Assembly (NCBI GenBank): GCA_963771465.1
Contig: CAVYTU010000014.1
Coordinates: 800,001 to 864,000, forward strand
Source: an uncultured delta proteobacterium
GTDB taxonomy: Bacteria > Desulfobacterota > Binatia > UBA9968
Reading direction: 5' to 3'
Length of the DNA: 64,000 nt
Positions 25,781 through 35,979 of this stretch are shown here, in pieces. The position numbers and the translations under genes were made by a program. Position 1 is the first letter of the stretch; each line of letters opens with the position of its first letter. The notes under the pieces were generated by a model. That model worked only from the letters and a program-made list of their open reading frames with translations. It had not been told where the DNA came from and made no database searches.

Positions 25781-27445
25781 ATGACCGCGGAGTTTTCTGC
25801 CGACGAAAAAAAACGGCTGGCGCCATTTTTCACCAATGACGACCGGCCGGTTTTCGGTCTTAAGTTGCCCCAGGAGGTGGCCGGGGCGCTGTTTTCCCGC
25901 TATAGCCGCTCGGTAAAAAGCTTGCGCCGCACTTTTCTCGATGAGTTTCTCGGCGATGCCGAGCTCGGCTTGGGCGAGATACTCGGCGGACAAACCGCGG
26001 CTGGCGATGACAGCGCGGCGCTCAAAAAAGCCCGGGCGTTCTTCGAACGCGTCCTGGTCGGCTACGGCGATGATTCCGTCGCCCAGTTGGGCGGCGCTCA
26101 TATCGCCTGCGAAAATATTTCCAACGTCGCCGCGAAACTATTGGAAGACGCGCGCATCGGCATCGCGCCGCTGGAGAAATCGACGCGCTACGTGCGCTTC
26201 GATCAAAAGGACGCCGCCGGGGATTATCTTTTTTACCGCGAGCCCAAGATCATGGCGTCGCGTCACCGCGACCGTTATCTCGAAGTGATGAATCTGCTGT
26301 TCGACACCTATTCCAAGCAGATGGAGCCGATGCTCGATCACGTCGCCAAGGCGCTGCCCATCGAGCAGCTGGAAGTGCGTGATCCGGTTTCCGGCAAAGG
26401 GGTAAATTATGCCGACGCCGCCAAGGATGAACGGTTGCGCCGCTGGGCCGAGACGGCATACCGCGCAACGGTGCGGGCGCACGCGTGTGACGTGCTGCGC
26501 AGTTATCTGCCGGCAGCGACGCTGACCAACGTCGGCATGTTTGGCGTCGGCCAGGCGTTCGAGTATCTCGTCAGCAAGTTTTACTCACACGAGTTGAGCG
26601 AAGCGAAAGAACTCGGCGCGGCGATTCACGGCGAGCTCAATCAACTGATCCCATCCTTCGTCAAACGGGCGCAGCGCAATGAGTATCTCGTCGCGACCAC
26701 GGCGGCGGCGAAAATGCTGGCGGCCCATTCGACCGCGCTAATTCCAATCGCCACCCAGGAACCGGTGACGCTGGTTGATTATGACACGGACGCAGAAGAA
26801 AAAGTGCTTGCGGCGATTCTCTACGGCCAAGCGCGCCAGCCGCTGGAGCAATTGCGCCAGGTCGCCGCGACGCTGAGCCAAGCCGAGCGCCGGCAAATCT
26901 TTCAAGAGTATTTTTCGAAGCGGCGTCATCGGCGCGACAAGTTGAGCCGCGCTTTCGAAAACGTTTATTACACCTTCGACATTCTCGGTAATCTCGGCCT
27001 CTACCGCGATCTCCACCGCCACCGCATTCTCACCCAAGAGCGCCAGGACTTTACCACCGTGCACGGCTACGACACGCCGCCGGAAATTGCCGAGTCCGGT
27101 TTCACCAGCGAGTTCGACCACTGCATGCAGCGCGCGGCGGAATTGTACGAGGAGATTTACCGCGATTTGCCTTGCGAAGCGCAGTATGTCGTGCCGTTCG
27201 CTTACAAGATTCGCTGGTACATGAAGATGAACCTGCGCGAAGCCGTGCACATGTGCGAGCTGCGCACCATGCCCCAAGGCCATCCCGACTATCGATTCAT
27301 CTGCCAGGAAATGTGGCGCAAAGTTCAATCCGTCCATCCGGCGCTGGCCGAGTCGGGAAAATTCATGGACTGGCAGAAGTATAGTTTGGGGCGCTTGCAG
27401 TCGGAGTTGCGCACGGAGTTTAAGAAGTCGGCGCTCGAGAAATAG
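25781..27445 (+). CDS. thyX: FAD-dependent thymidylate synthase, long duplicated-domain form
   Basis: Motifs GALFSRYSRS, YGDDSVAQL, EKSTRY, RDLHRHR, ELR...QGH..YR. Confidence 0.8.
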   Translation: MTAEFSADEKKRLAPFFTNDDRPVFGLKLPQEVAGALFSRYSRSVKSLRRTFLDEFLGDAELGLGEILGGQTAAGDDSAALKKARAFFERVLVGYGDDSVAQLGGAHIACENISNVAAKLLEDARIGIAPLEKSTRYVRFDQKDAAGDYLFYREPKIMASRHRDRYLEVMNLLFDTYSKQMEPMLDHVAKALPIEQLEVRDPVSGKGVNYADAAKDERLRRWAETAYRATVRAHACDVLRSYLPAATLTNVGMFGVGQAFEYLVSKFYSHELSEAKELGAAIHGELNQLIPSFVKRAQRNEYLVATTAAAKMLAAHSTALIPIATQEPVTLVDYDTDAEEKVLAAILYGQARQPLEQLRQVAATLSQAERRQIFQEYFSKRRHRRDKLSRAFENVYYTFDILGNLGLYRDLHRHRILTQERQDFTTVHGYDTPPEIAESGFTSEFDHCMQRAAELYEEIYRDLPCEAQYVVPFAYKIRWYMKMNLREAVHMCELRTMPQGHPDYRFICQEMWRKVQSVHPALAESGKFMDWQKYSLGRLQSELRTEFKKSALEK

Positions 27446-27607
27446 AGTCAGGAGAGTCGCCGAAAGTTAAAATCGAAGCAAGCCGTGCGAGGTCGTCGTA
27501 ACATAGCCGCACAATTCCAGCTTGACTCTTCGCCGCGAGCGGCGTTATAGGTGCCGAGTTCATCGTGGCTGAGCCAACCATACTTTAACCTTCGGAGGAA
27601 CCCGTAG

Positions 27608-28030
27608 ATGGAATGGAAAGAAGCGTTTCCCCTGTTGCAAGAAAATCACACCGGTGTCGCGATCAGCGTCACGCCCAAGGGCCGGGCGCAGTCGACCATC
27701 GTCTCGACGGCTGTACTGGATGGTAAGCTCGGCTTCGCGTCCCGGCCGCGCACCGTCAAGGTCAAGAACATCCAACGGACAGGCCGGGCGACGGTCACTG
27801 TCATCAAGCTCGATACCCGGCGCTATGTCACCGTCGAGGGCCCTGCGTCCATCGAGCCTTGGCAAGACACGCCAGCGCATATCAAGAGATTGAAGGACCT
27901 TTACGTTTCCATGGGCCGAGGCCCCAAAGGTACAGACGAGAAATTTGCCGAGCAAATGCGGGAAGAGGAACGAAGCCTAATTCTAGTCACCCCCGAGCGC
28001 CTGTACGGCAGCCTCCGATCAGGCGCCTAA
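27608..28030 (+). CDS. PPOX-class (F420/flavin-binding split-barrel) oxidoreductase
   Basis: Motifs G.AQ, K.KN..R, YVTVEG.A, E.R....VTPER; RBS GGAGG. Confidence 0.75.
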   Translation: MEWKEAFPLLQENHTGVAISVTPKGRAQSTIVSTAVLDGKLGFASRPRTVKVKNIQRTGRATVTVIKLDTRRYVTVEGPASIEPWQDTPAHIKRLKDLYVSMGRGPKGTDEKFAEQMREEERSLILVTPERLYGSLRSGA

Positions 28031-28113
28031 CGTAATTCCCTTCGCCTCGCCAAGGCGTTGAAAGCCGGCCGCTTTCCGCCCAGCGGATTGGGTCGCGCAG
28101 GAGGTTTAAGACA

Positions 28114-29235
28114 ATGATCGCCATGCTTGTCGCAATCGTCATGATGGTTTTGGGTTTGTTGCCACTGACTGGGGCGGCCTCTGCTGCAACGGTAACCGCT
28201 GCCAGTGTTCAAAAAGCCAAGCAAGCTGCCGAAGCCAAGGGCTTTGCGTTTATCTCCAACCGCGACGAAATCTTAAGCAACGCTAAAAAAGAGGGCAAAG
28301 TTCGCGTGCAGAGTTCGTTGGATCCCAATACGTTTAAGCCGCTGGCGGAGTCTTTCAAAAAGAAATATCCCTTCGCAGATATCGAGATTCAGGAATTGAC
28401 GGGTACCGACGCGGCGCAGCGCTTCCTTCTGGAACTCAAAGCGGGAGCGAGCAAAGACTGGGATGTATTGCATCTCCCGGAAGATTTTTATACCGACTAC
28501 GCGCCGCACGCGAAAAAACTCGACCTTTTAGGGATGGCCGAGCAGATGGTCTTGAATATCAATCCTAAGATGATCGACCCCGAATATCGCACCGTGGTGA
28601 GCGTCGGTTCCGGCATTTGCTCCATTGCCTACAATAAGAAGCTGCTTGCCGCCGACAAGGTTCCGAACCGGTGGGAAGACTTCTTGAAGCCGGAGTTCAA
28701 GGGGAAAAAATTTCTCGTCGATATCCGGCCCTACTGCGTCGCCGCTCTCGTGCCCGCTTTGGGTGAGGAGTGGGTCAAGAACTATGCCCGAAAGATCAAG
28801 GAACAAGAGCCCATCTGGATGCGCGGCAATACCCGGGCGATGAGCGGGATTGTTTCCGGCGAGTACGCGCTGCATCAAATGACGCAGTACCATTCCTGCG
28901 TTCGTGCCGCAGAAAAAGACGTCACCAAATCGCTTGGCTGCAAGACTCTTGAACCCGTCCCGGTGAAGCTCCAGGACGTCGTCGGCGTTATGCAAACCGC
29001 GTCGAATCCGTCGCGCGCGCTGCTCTTTATCGAACACGCCGCCAGCCCTGAAGGGCAAAAAATCATCGATGAATTCAACCCGCTCAAGTCAAACGTCTTT
29101 GCCGACGGCGAGATCGCCAGATTGCTCAAGGGCAGAAAAGTTTCGCTGAACGACTATCGCACCTATCACAAGTCACCGGCATTGATAAAAATGGTCGTGG
29201 AAGCTTATGGTTTTCCCAAGGCCGAAGCCAATTAA
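28114..29235 (+). CDS. ABC transporter solute-binding protein (Fe3+/thiamine-like family)
   Basis: Signal peptide; motifs AKKEG, AYN, P..WEDFLKPEFKG, SPEGQ. Confidence 0.82.
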   Translation: MIAMLVAIVMMVLGLLPLTGAASAATVTAASVQKAKQAAEAKGFAFISNRDEILSNAKKEGKVRVQSSLDPNTFKPLAESFKKKYPFADIEIQELTGTDAAQRFLLELKAGASKDWDVLHLPEDFYTDYAPHAKKLDLLGMAEQMVLNINPKMIDPEYRTVVSVGSGICSIAYNKKLLAADKVPNRWEDFLKPEFKGKKFLVDIRPYCVAALVPALGEEWVKNYARKIKEQEPIWMRGNTRAMSGIVSGEYALHQMTQYHSCVRAAEKDVTKSLGCKTLEPVPVKLQDVVGVMQTASNPSRALLFIEHAASPEGQKIIDEFNPLKSNVFADGEIARLLKGRKVSLNDYRTYHKSPALIKMVVEAYGFPKAEAN

Positions 29236-29325
29236 CGAGATAAATCGGCGCTGACCCGGAGACCGTCCCCTCAATTTCAGAGCCTGACAGCGTCCCAAAA
29301 GACTCCGTTTCAATTTAGCAGAAAC

Positions 29326-29361
29326 AAAAAGAGGGACAGCCGGTTCCCCGGCTATCCCTCT
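29326..29361 (-). terminator. intrinsic terminator
   Basis: Minus strand reads AGAGGGATAGCCGG-GGAA-CCGGCTGTCCCTC-TTTTT. Confidence 0.8.
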
Positions 29362-29383
29362 CGCAACGTGCATGCTCAGAAGA

Positions 29384-29824
29384 TTACTTTGTGGTCGGTT
29401 TCTTCTCCGTCACGTCGGCTTTCTTCTCTGTCCTGGTTTCTTCTCCGTCGCTTTTTTGGCTTCGGCCTTGACCGAGCTGGCGATCATCTGGCCATCCTTC
29501 TCGGTGTAGGAAACCTTGACCATGTCGCCCACTTTGAGTTTTGCCAGCGAGCTTTTCGCGCTCTTGGAAGTGGCGCTCAGCTTTATCTCTTTGTCCTTTT
29601 CCTTAACTTCGAAAGTGCCCGCCTTCGCATCCAGCGACTGTGACCTCACCGGTAGCCTGATGGGTCTTCGTCTTCTCTGATTTCATCTCCGTTTTCTTCT
29701 CCATTGCCGGAGCGGCTGGAGTCGCGGGTGTAGCTGGAGTGGCCGGTTTCGCCTGCGCGAAGCCGAGCGCGCTAAAACCTAACGTGGTTAAAGCAACAAC
29801 TAATATCTTAATCATGTTTTTCAC
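29384..29824 (-). CDS. small secreted Lys-rich OB-fold-like protein with PAT and TEKK repeats; apparent indels near 29640 and 29433
   Basis: Signal peptide, PATPATPATPA, TGEV..xD....L..LKVGD.VKVSY motif, C-terminal TEKK x3 after frame correction; RBS AGGAGG. Confidence 0.65.
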
Positions 29825-30021
29825 AGTATCACCTCCTTCCTGTTTGTTAGACTTTCCTTTGTTAGACGTGATGTTTTCAAAATCCTTTCAAATCTTCACT
29901 AGACAATAGAAAACTTACGCTGCTCCGCACACTTGGCAGCTTTACGGCACTCGGTGAATTTGGCGTCCCGATCGCTGGTTTGCTACGCTCGCATACCAGT
30001 TGCTTGCACAGTCAACGCTCC

Positions 30022-30414
30022 CTAATCCTTTGGCGCCTCGCCGCCGGCCTTGATTTCTTTGCCTTCGGGACCGAAGCGAGAGTTGGAATAGGTTTCCGCT
30101 CTACTGCCCATGAAAACATAGCCGGTGTGGCTCGGCGCTTCTTGTTGGTAGTATTGCCCTTTGGGGATGACCACCAACACGCCCGGGGTAATCGATTGCC
30201 GCGTGCCGTCCGGGAAGTTTATGAAGCATTCCCCTTGAAGACCATAAAAGGCCTGATCCGCCGTATGTCTGTGCATGGGGCCCTTGTCGCCGGGTACACT
30301 ATTGTGAATCCAGACATGAAAGTTGTCGGAATTGAAAAGGAGCCGATCATGCTTGCCGGCTCCCGCACTTTTCATCCCTGGGTGCTCGTTAATATCGATA
30401 CGCTTAGCGGGCAT
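30022..30414 (-). CDS. cupin domain protein
   Basis: Motifs MHRH.ADQ.FY..QG and IPKGQYY; RBS GGAGG. Confidence 0.8.
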   Translation of the reverse strand: MPAKRIDINEHPGMKSAGAGKHDRLLFNSDNFHVWIHNSVPGDKGPMHRHTADQAFYGLQGECFINFPDGTRQSITPGVLVVIPKGQYYQQEAPSHTGYVFMGSRAETYSNSRFGPEGKEIKAGGEAPKD

Positions 30415-30444
30415 AAACACCTCCACTCTTTTTATCTGCCTGAG

Positions 30445-30484
30445 CGATACTCTAAACAGAATTCTCGTGTCAACCAGGCAAGTT
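30445..30484 (-). repeat. 40-nt intergenic repeat A, copy 1 (contains TTGACA on minus strand)
   Basis: 38/40 identical to 33966-34005. Confidence 0.85.
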
Positions 30485-30520
30485 GATTCTGAAGCCACGA
30501 TCACGGAACACGAACACGTC
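30483..30520. repeat. 38-nt intergenic repeat B, copy 1
   Basis: ttgattctgaagccacgatcacggaacacgaacacgtc; other copies at 31764 and 34128. Confidence 0.85.
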
Positions 30521-30574
30521 GCTTGAACATTCAGTCGCTAGTCGATCTTTTGGGTTGCGGCAAACTGGCATTCG

Positions 30575-31637
30575 TTACTCGCCCATAAGCTTTTTGATCT
30601 TTTGCACGACCTCGGGCGGCTGATTGACAATCTCTTTCATAATCGCTTCTTGTTCTTCACCCGTTGACGGATCGAGCTCCATGTTTGATTTCTTCGCTTC
30701 GGCCAACAGAGCGGGGTCGTTAAGCGCCTTGGTATAGGCCTCCCTTAAAAGTCGAACGCGGTCGGGCGGCGTCTCTGGCGGCGCGATCATCGGATGGCCA
30801 TACTCATCACCGGCAAACATCACTTGAATCACTCGCCGGCTAGTGTCCGGCGTTTTGTACTTGTCCATCAGCTCATAAAGAGTCGGAACGGCTGCCGCCC
30901 GAGGATCGCGCTTCCGGCCGGTCTGCACGAGGTGCCGGTCGAAATCCTTTTTGTGCCACGTGCCAAAGGGCTCACGCCCGAAGTGAGCGTACAGAGTCAT
31001 CCCGGCACAGACGATTTCGCCCTTTTCTATGGCCAAATCAATTTCCGAACCGCCGGGATATCCCAAGACCATGGTGAATTTGATACCCAGAGCCTCCTCC
31101 AAGGCGCGCACTAAAATATTGCTCGCACTCGAAGTACCTGAAGCGCCGCACTTGGGCGGCTCTTTGGCTTTGCGCAACGTCTTCAATCGTCCGATAGGGT
31201 GTGTCGGAACGGATAAACAAAATCGCCGGTGTTTTATCCAGCGCGCCGATCCAGCTCAATTTGCGCACGTCGAACTTGACCTGCGGCTTGCCAATAAGCT
31301 GGTCGAGATAGATGTAGCTGAGCGGCATGCCGATCGTTAGGCCATCGCTCTTGGCCACGGAATAAATGTAGTTGGTGGCTACCAGTGAACTGGCGCCGGG
31401 CATATTCTGCACGATGATTTCAGGATTACCGGGCAGATATTTTCCCATGTGACGCGCGAGCAGCCGCGCGGCGATGTCATAGAAGCCGCCCGGCGGCGAG
31501 CCGACCACGAGACGGATCGTCTTACCTTGAAAAAAGGGTGCTGGTTGCGCGCTTGCGAGACTGCTGGGGCCGATCAACAGCGCGAGCAAAAGAACTCCGC
31601 ACGCTGAACGTGAACCGCAGCGTTTCCAGTCAATCAT
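30575..31637 (-). CDS. TctC/Bug family tripartite tricarboxylate transporter substrate-binding protein; frameshift near 31176
   Basis: Motifs G..PGG.YD..ARL.ARH, QNMPGA, DGLT, GYPGG.E..LA.E.GE, PP.TP.DRV..LR. Confidence 0.85.
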
Positions 31638-31763
31638 CCGGAGCCTCTTATCGCATAATGGTTTTAGGTCCAGCTATGTTTGTGCAACTCGGCCATCTGT
31701 TTACGTGGAACAATGACGACTCGCACGACGTGCAAATTGTCGATTATCACTAGCGGTGACAGC

Positions 31764-31801
31764 TTGATTCCGAAGACACGTTCACGGAACACGAACACGT
31801 C
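31764..31801. repeat. 38-nt intergenic repeat B, copy 2
   Basis: ttgattccgaagacacgttcacggaacacgaacacgtc. Confidence 0.85.
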
Positions 31802-31815
31802 TCTTAAACGTCCGT

Positions 31816-32913
31816 CTATTTTTTTGGCTCGTAACCAACTTTCGGAAAGCCCCAGGCCTCAGTGGCGATGCGCTCCATCAGTTTGTCTTCTGTGCCGCGG
31901 CAAGTATCGCCGCAAAGAGAGACTTTGGCTCCCTTCATGAGCTTGTTAGTAAGTGTTCCTTCGATGAGAAAGGAGCCTCGTCCTGGCTCGAGCGATTCCG
32001 CCACTTGCTGCCCTTCTTTCGACGCCATGAACTCGATCCAGAGCAGGGCTGAGTGAATGTTCTTGGCGCCCGCGTAGATCGCTTCCGGTTCATGAAAAGA
32101 TACGGGGAAGGGGTCTGGAACAACCATTTTGAGGTTCGCATCCTGGTTCAAAGCACGCTGCGTCGAGTGGACGTAATTGCCGCAATTCATGACGACCTCA
32201 CCAGAAGTCAACATCGTTAGGTTGCGGGTATTGCCCCTGCTCCAAAGCGGATTGTTCTCTTTGATCCGGCGCGCGAAGCCGAGAAGTTTTTCTGCTCCCC
32301 ACGCGGGAGTCAGCCAAGCCAAAACATTGGGTTTGGTATCGACGCTAAATTTGCCGTTAAAGTATGGATCATGACACGCCTCCCAACTCTTCGGTGCCTT
32401 ATCGGGAGGAACGAGCTTGGTATTGTAGACCAATACACCCGTGTAGGACCCCAACCAAACGACTATTCCTGAATCGTCGATCATTTCGCGATGGATATTT
32501 AAGTGGCCGGCCTGAGCCATGCCATTGAAGTTCACCTGCTTCACTAGATTGTGCTTAAAGTACTCGCTCCAGAAAGCGATGTTGGTGCTGAACACGTCCA
32601 GGTTAGCGCGTCCGGCAGAAAGTTCAAAAATCTGCCTCTGGTAAGCGGGAATGCCGTCTGCGGATGTCCAGTTCACTTTGACGAAGGGATATTTCTGCTC
32701 GAAGGCCTTGACCAACACGGGGATCGATTTTTCATCGAACGCCGGAGATACATTCAACTTACCTTCTTTTTTGGCGCCTTCCATGATCTGCGCCTTTGTG
32801 AGCATGACTGCTGGTTCTTTTTTCGCCTGGGCCATCACGTCTTGGTTAGAGATGACCGCAGTCAGCATCACTCCGAGAATCCAAGCACTGAAAAATTTTA
32901 TCCGTCTATCCAT
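31816..32913 (-). CDS. ABC transporter solute-binding protein (Fe3+/thiamine-like family)
   Basis: Signal peptide; motifs AKKEG.L, YNT.LV, PKSW, SKEGQ; RBS GGAGGAG. Confidence 0.82.
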   Translation of the reverse strand: MDRRIKFFSAWILGVMLTAVISNQDVMAQAKKEPAVMLTKAQIMEGAKKEGKLNVSPAFDEKSIPVLVKAFEQKYPFVKVNWTSADGIPAYQRQIFELSAGRANLDVFSTNIAFWSEYFKHNLVKQVNFNGMAQAGHLNIHREMIDDSGIVVWLGSYTGVLVYNTKLVPPDKAPKSWEACHDPYFNGKFSVDTKPNVLAWLTPAWGAEKLLGFARRIKENNPLWSRGNTRNLTMLTSGEVVMNCGNYVHSTQRALNQDANLKMVVPDPFPVSFHEPEAIYAGAKNIHSALLWIEFMASKEGQQVAESLEPGRGSFLIEGTLTNKLMKGAKVSLCGDTCRGTEDKLMERIATEAWGFPKVGYEPKK

Positions 32914-32993
32914 CGGTCTCCTCCTTGTTGGACTCGCCAATGTCGGTTTTCATACAGTTTAATGAGCCGTCCATCACGGCTATCGATCAATAG

Positions 32994-33737
32994 TTACTTT
33001 CGCTCGCTTTCCGGATCGCCAAGCTCCCGATCAAAAAAGTCGACGACCAGCGGCCAAACCTGTTCGGCGACTTCCGGCTGATAACCACCGCCCGATTCCG
33101 GCGAAGCAAATCCGTGGTTGGCGTGCGGGTAAAGATGCCACTCCAACGGCTGACCATTGGCCAGAAAGCTCGCCATGATTTTCTGCTGCATCGGCAGAGT
33201 GCTGATGTGGTCGCGGCCGCCATAGGCGATGAACGAAGGACACTTGATGTCGCGGGCGGCATCACAGGGATGACGCGGCCGGAGCTTGCTCGGCGGCTCT
33301 TCGTGGATGGATGCGTAATAAGCGGCATAAGCTTTGACGGCGGGAGTGGCGGCGACAAAATGCACGCCGATACGGCCTCCCATGCAATATCCGATCACTC
33401 CCACGCGCCCCGGATCGACATTCGACCGGGCCGTCAGATAGCGCCATCCCACGTCGATCGCGCGCACGAATTCGTCGTCCGTTCTTACGTCCTGAACTTC
33501 CTCTTTACCCTGCAGGGTTCCTGAAAGATTGCCGAAGCCCAACAAACTATACAGATCCGGCATGATTGTGGTGTAGCCAAGCTTGGCAAATTTGTAGGCC
33601 TCCGTTCTAAGGTATCCGGTTGTGCCCGACGAGTGGACGATCAATATGGCCGGTCCCCGCTCCTGCCCAACCGGATGGGCCATGAATCCGGGCAGGCCGT
33701 CTTTTTCCTCCGTCAACCGTCGTGAGACAATTCGCAT
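32994..33737 (-). CDS. dienelactone hydrolase family protein
   Basis: Motifs G.IGYCMGG, G..D, YP.A.HGF. Confidence 0.9.
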   Translation of the reverse strand: MRIVSRRLTEEKDGLPGFMAHPVGQERGPAILIVHSSGTTGYLRTEAYKFAKLGYTTIMPDLYSLLGFGNLSGTLQGKEEVQDVRTDDEFVRAIDVGWRYLTARSNVDPGRVGVIGYCMGGRIGVHFVAATPAVKAYAAYYASIHEEPPSKLRPRHPCDAARDIKCPSFIAYGGRDHISTLPMQQKIMASFLANGQPLEWHLYPHANHGFASPESGGGYQPEVAEQVWPLVVDFFDRELGDPESERK

Positions 33738-33965
33738 GCTGTGAGTCCTCCTGTTTCAGTCATCTGTTAAGTTCCTTGTCGACCGCTAAACGTCTCCTCG
33801 CCTGCGAAAGGCATGCGACGCGACTCATGTAAGAATGCAGCGAAGTAAAATTAACGGCAATGTTATTTTCATCAAGACGGCGAGCCGGCGCATGCTACCT
33901 GTCGCGGTTTTCTCTCACCGTAATCAATCTGTTTTCATCATTCACGATCTGCACTCGTGTCTCAC

Positions 33966-34005
33966 CGATACTCTAAACAGAAATCTTGTGTCAACCAGGC
34001 AAGTT
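33966..34005 (-). repeat. 40-nt intergenic repeat A, copy 2
   Basis: cgatactctaaacagaaatcttgtgtcaaccaggcaagtt. Confidence 0.85.
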
Positions 34006-34127
34006 AAATTAGCGGATCATCGTTCCGACGAACGCAATCACGGTTTCCCATGCGTCGAGTCGGTCGGCGACGATGGGCGACGAGCCGAGAAAACTCATCG
34101 CGGTCCGTTTAGATGCAAATTCTCACT

Positions 34128-34165
34128 TTGATTCCGAACACACGTTCAAGGAACACGAACACGTC
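34128..34165. repeat. 38-nt intergenic repeat B, copy 3
   Basis: ttgattccgaacacacgttcaaggaacacgaacacgtc, followed by CGTGTTCG, which can pair with CGAACACG. Confidence 0.85.
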
Positions 34166-34260
34166 CGCTGCGTGTTCGTTTACCAGTCAATGAAATACCA
34201 GGTGGCGCCATGCGGAAGGTAAGTTAGTCGAGACTCACGTCTGACCCTCATGCCTTTTCC

Positions 34261-34455
34261 CTAGTGCTTCTTGTCCCTTGGCGGAAATGGATCGTTTCCG
34301 TAACTGTCAGAGTCCTGAATTTTGCCGTTGCGGCCGTGAATAATGACATCAACGCGTTCTCGGCGGGCCTGCTCACGAGCCTGCTCCACCGCATCGGCTT
34401 TCGTATCGTGAACGGAACCCGCACGATCAGCGCCTTCTTTTTCTTGCCCAGCCGG
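34261..34455 (-). pseudogene. DUF2188 family gene remnant (disrupted 5' end)
   Basis: Manual translation GW./KEGADRAGSVHDTKADAVEQAREQARRERVDVIIHGRNGKIQDSDSYGNDPFPPRDKKH*; not in the ORF track. Confidence 0.7.
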
Positions 34456-34702
34456 CTAGTCCTTCCTTTTCTCTTATCGCGTGAAACGGTGCCGGTACGC
34501 AATAAGAAAGTAAATTTTCCAGGCGGCGACACTTCGCCAACCGTCGACACGCGTGATGAATCTTCGCCATTTCAAACCGATCAAATCATAAAAGTCTCTA
34601 GCTATCTGAATCTCACGAGATAGTATTGTCGATATCGACAGCGTGCGGCAACTCACGTGCGACTTTTGAATCCAATAATCAAGTATCAGGAGGGACATCG
34701 AT

Positions 34703-35803
34703 ATGAACGTAGCGACTCCACAAAGCGCGCAGCAGGAAAAAAGTGTTTCCCAAACGGCAAAAGCTTTTGCGGCCCAAAGTCCCACGTCAGGTTTGGCGCC
34801 ATTGACGATTCGGCGCCGCATCCCCGGAGCGCAGGATGTGCAGATCGATATTTTATACTGCGGCGTGTGTCATTCGGATTTGCACCAAGTGCGCAACGAG
34901 TGGCAGAAAGCGATGCCGACAGTTTATCCCTGCGTCCCGGGTCACGAGATCGTCGGCCGGGTGGTCAAAACCGGCAACGCCGTGACGAAGTTCAAAGCCG
35001 GCGACATCGCCGCCGTCGGATGCATGGTCGACTCTTGCCGCAAATGCACCAGTTGCCGCGCCGGTGAAGAACAGTATTGCGACAGCTTTCCCACGCTTAC
35101 TTATAATGGCGAAGACAAACATCTCGGCGGTGTAACCTATGGCGGCTACTCCGAGAATATCGTGGTCGATGAGAAGTTTGTCCTGCGGGTCTCGGAAAAA
35201 TTGAATCTTGCCGGCACGGCGCCGCTGCTGTGCGCCGGCATCACTACCTACTCGCCGCTGCGTCACTGGAAAGTCGGCAAAGGCCAGAAGGTGGGAGTGG
35301 TGGGACTCGGCGGGCTGGGTCACATGGGAGTGAAATTCGCCAGCGCGTTTGGCGCGGAAGTCGTGCTCTTCACCACCTCGCCGAACAAGATCGAAGACGG
35401 GCGGCGGCTCGGCGCGCATGAAGTGGTGGTGTCAAAAAATGACGCGGAGATGCAAAAGCATGCACTCAGTTTCGACTTCATCTTGGATACCGTTTCCGCC
35501 GAGCATAATTTAAATGCCTATGTCGAGTTGTTGAAGCGCGACGGCACGCTGACCATGGTCGGTGCGCCGGAAAAACCGCTGCCGATCGAAATCTTTGGCC
35601 TGCTGCCGAAGCGGCGGCAGATCGCCGGCTCCAGCATCGGCGGCACTCTTGAGACTCAGGAGATGCTCGATTTCTGCGCCGAGCATAATATCACCTGCGA
35701 TGTCGAAGTGATTCGGGCTCAGCAAATCAACGAAGCCTACGAGCGCCTGCTCAAGAGCGATGTGAAATACCGCTTCGTCATCGACATCGCTTCGCTGAAG
35801 TAA
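34703..35803 (+). CDS. Zn-dependent NADP alcohol/aldehyde dehydrogenase (YahK/cinnamyl-ADH-like)
   Basis: Motifs CGVCHSD, PGHE, C..C..C.......C, PLLCAGITTYSPL, GLGGLGH, YRFVID. Confidence 0.95.
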   Translation: MNVATPQSAQQEKSVSQTAKAFAAQSPTSGLAPLTIRRRIPGAQDVQIDILYCGVCHSDLHQVRNEWQKAMPTVYPCVPGHEIVGRVVKTGNAVTKFKAGDIAAVGCMVDSCRKCTSCRAGEEQYCDSFPTLTYNGEDKHLGGVTYGGYSENIVVDEKFVLRVSEKLNLAGTAPLLCAGITTYSPLRHWKVGKGQKVGVVGLGGLGHMGVKFASAFGAEVVLFTTSPNKIEDGRRLGAHEVVVSKNDAEMQKHALSFDFILDTVSAEHNLNAYVELLKRDGTLTMVGAPEKPLPIEIFGLLPKRRQIAGSSIGGTLETQEMLDFCAEHNITCDVEVIRAQQINEAYERLLKSDVKYRFVIDIASLK

Positions 35804-35837
35804 AAAATCGTAAGCGAGCCTCATGGAAGCTTGCTTT
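35753..35837 (+). repeat. direct repeat copy 1 (3' end of adh plus downstream)
   Basis: Degenerate copy at 37161-37241. Confidence 0.85.
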
Positions 35838-35858
35838 ATCGCTGAGCGGATTTCGAAT

Positions 35859-35910
35859 GTTTAAATCGTTCAAAACGTTCAACCGCGTTGCTCCGTTCAA
35901 GCCGTTTAAG
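35859..35910. repeat. short degenerate GTTyAA repeat cluster (about 9-nt period)
   Basis: gtttaaatc gttcaaaac gttcaaccgc gttgctcc gttcaagcc gtttaag. Confidence 0.5.
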
Positions 35911-35979
35911 AGTCCACCGGTTCCGCACGCGCCGGATGCTCGAATCTCGTTTTCTGCGCTCTTTTCCGCGCATTTCATA

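Noticed and set aside
30483-34165. Repeat B as a CRISPR array or integron attC sites
   Set aside because: Spacing is 1.3-2.4 kb, no cas or intI gene is present, and there are no RYYYAAC/GTTRRRY ends.
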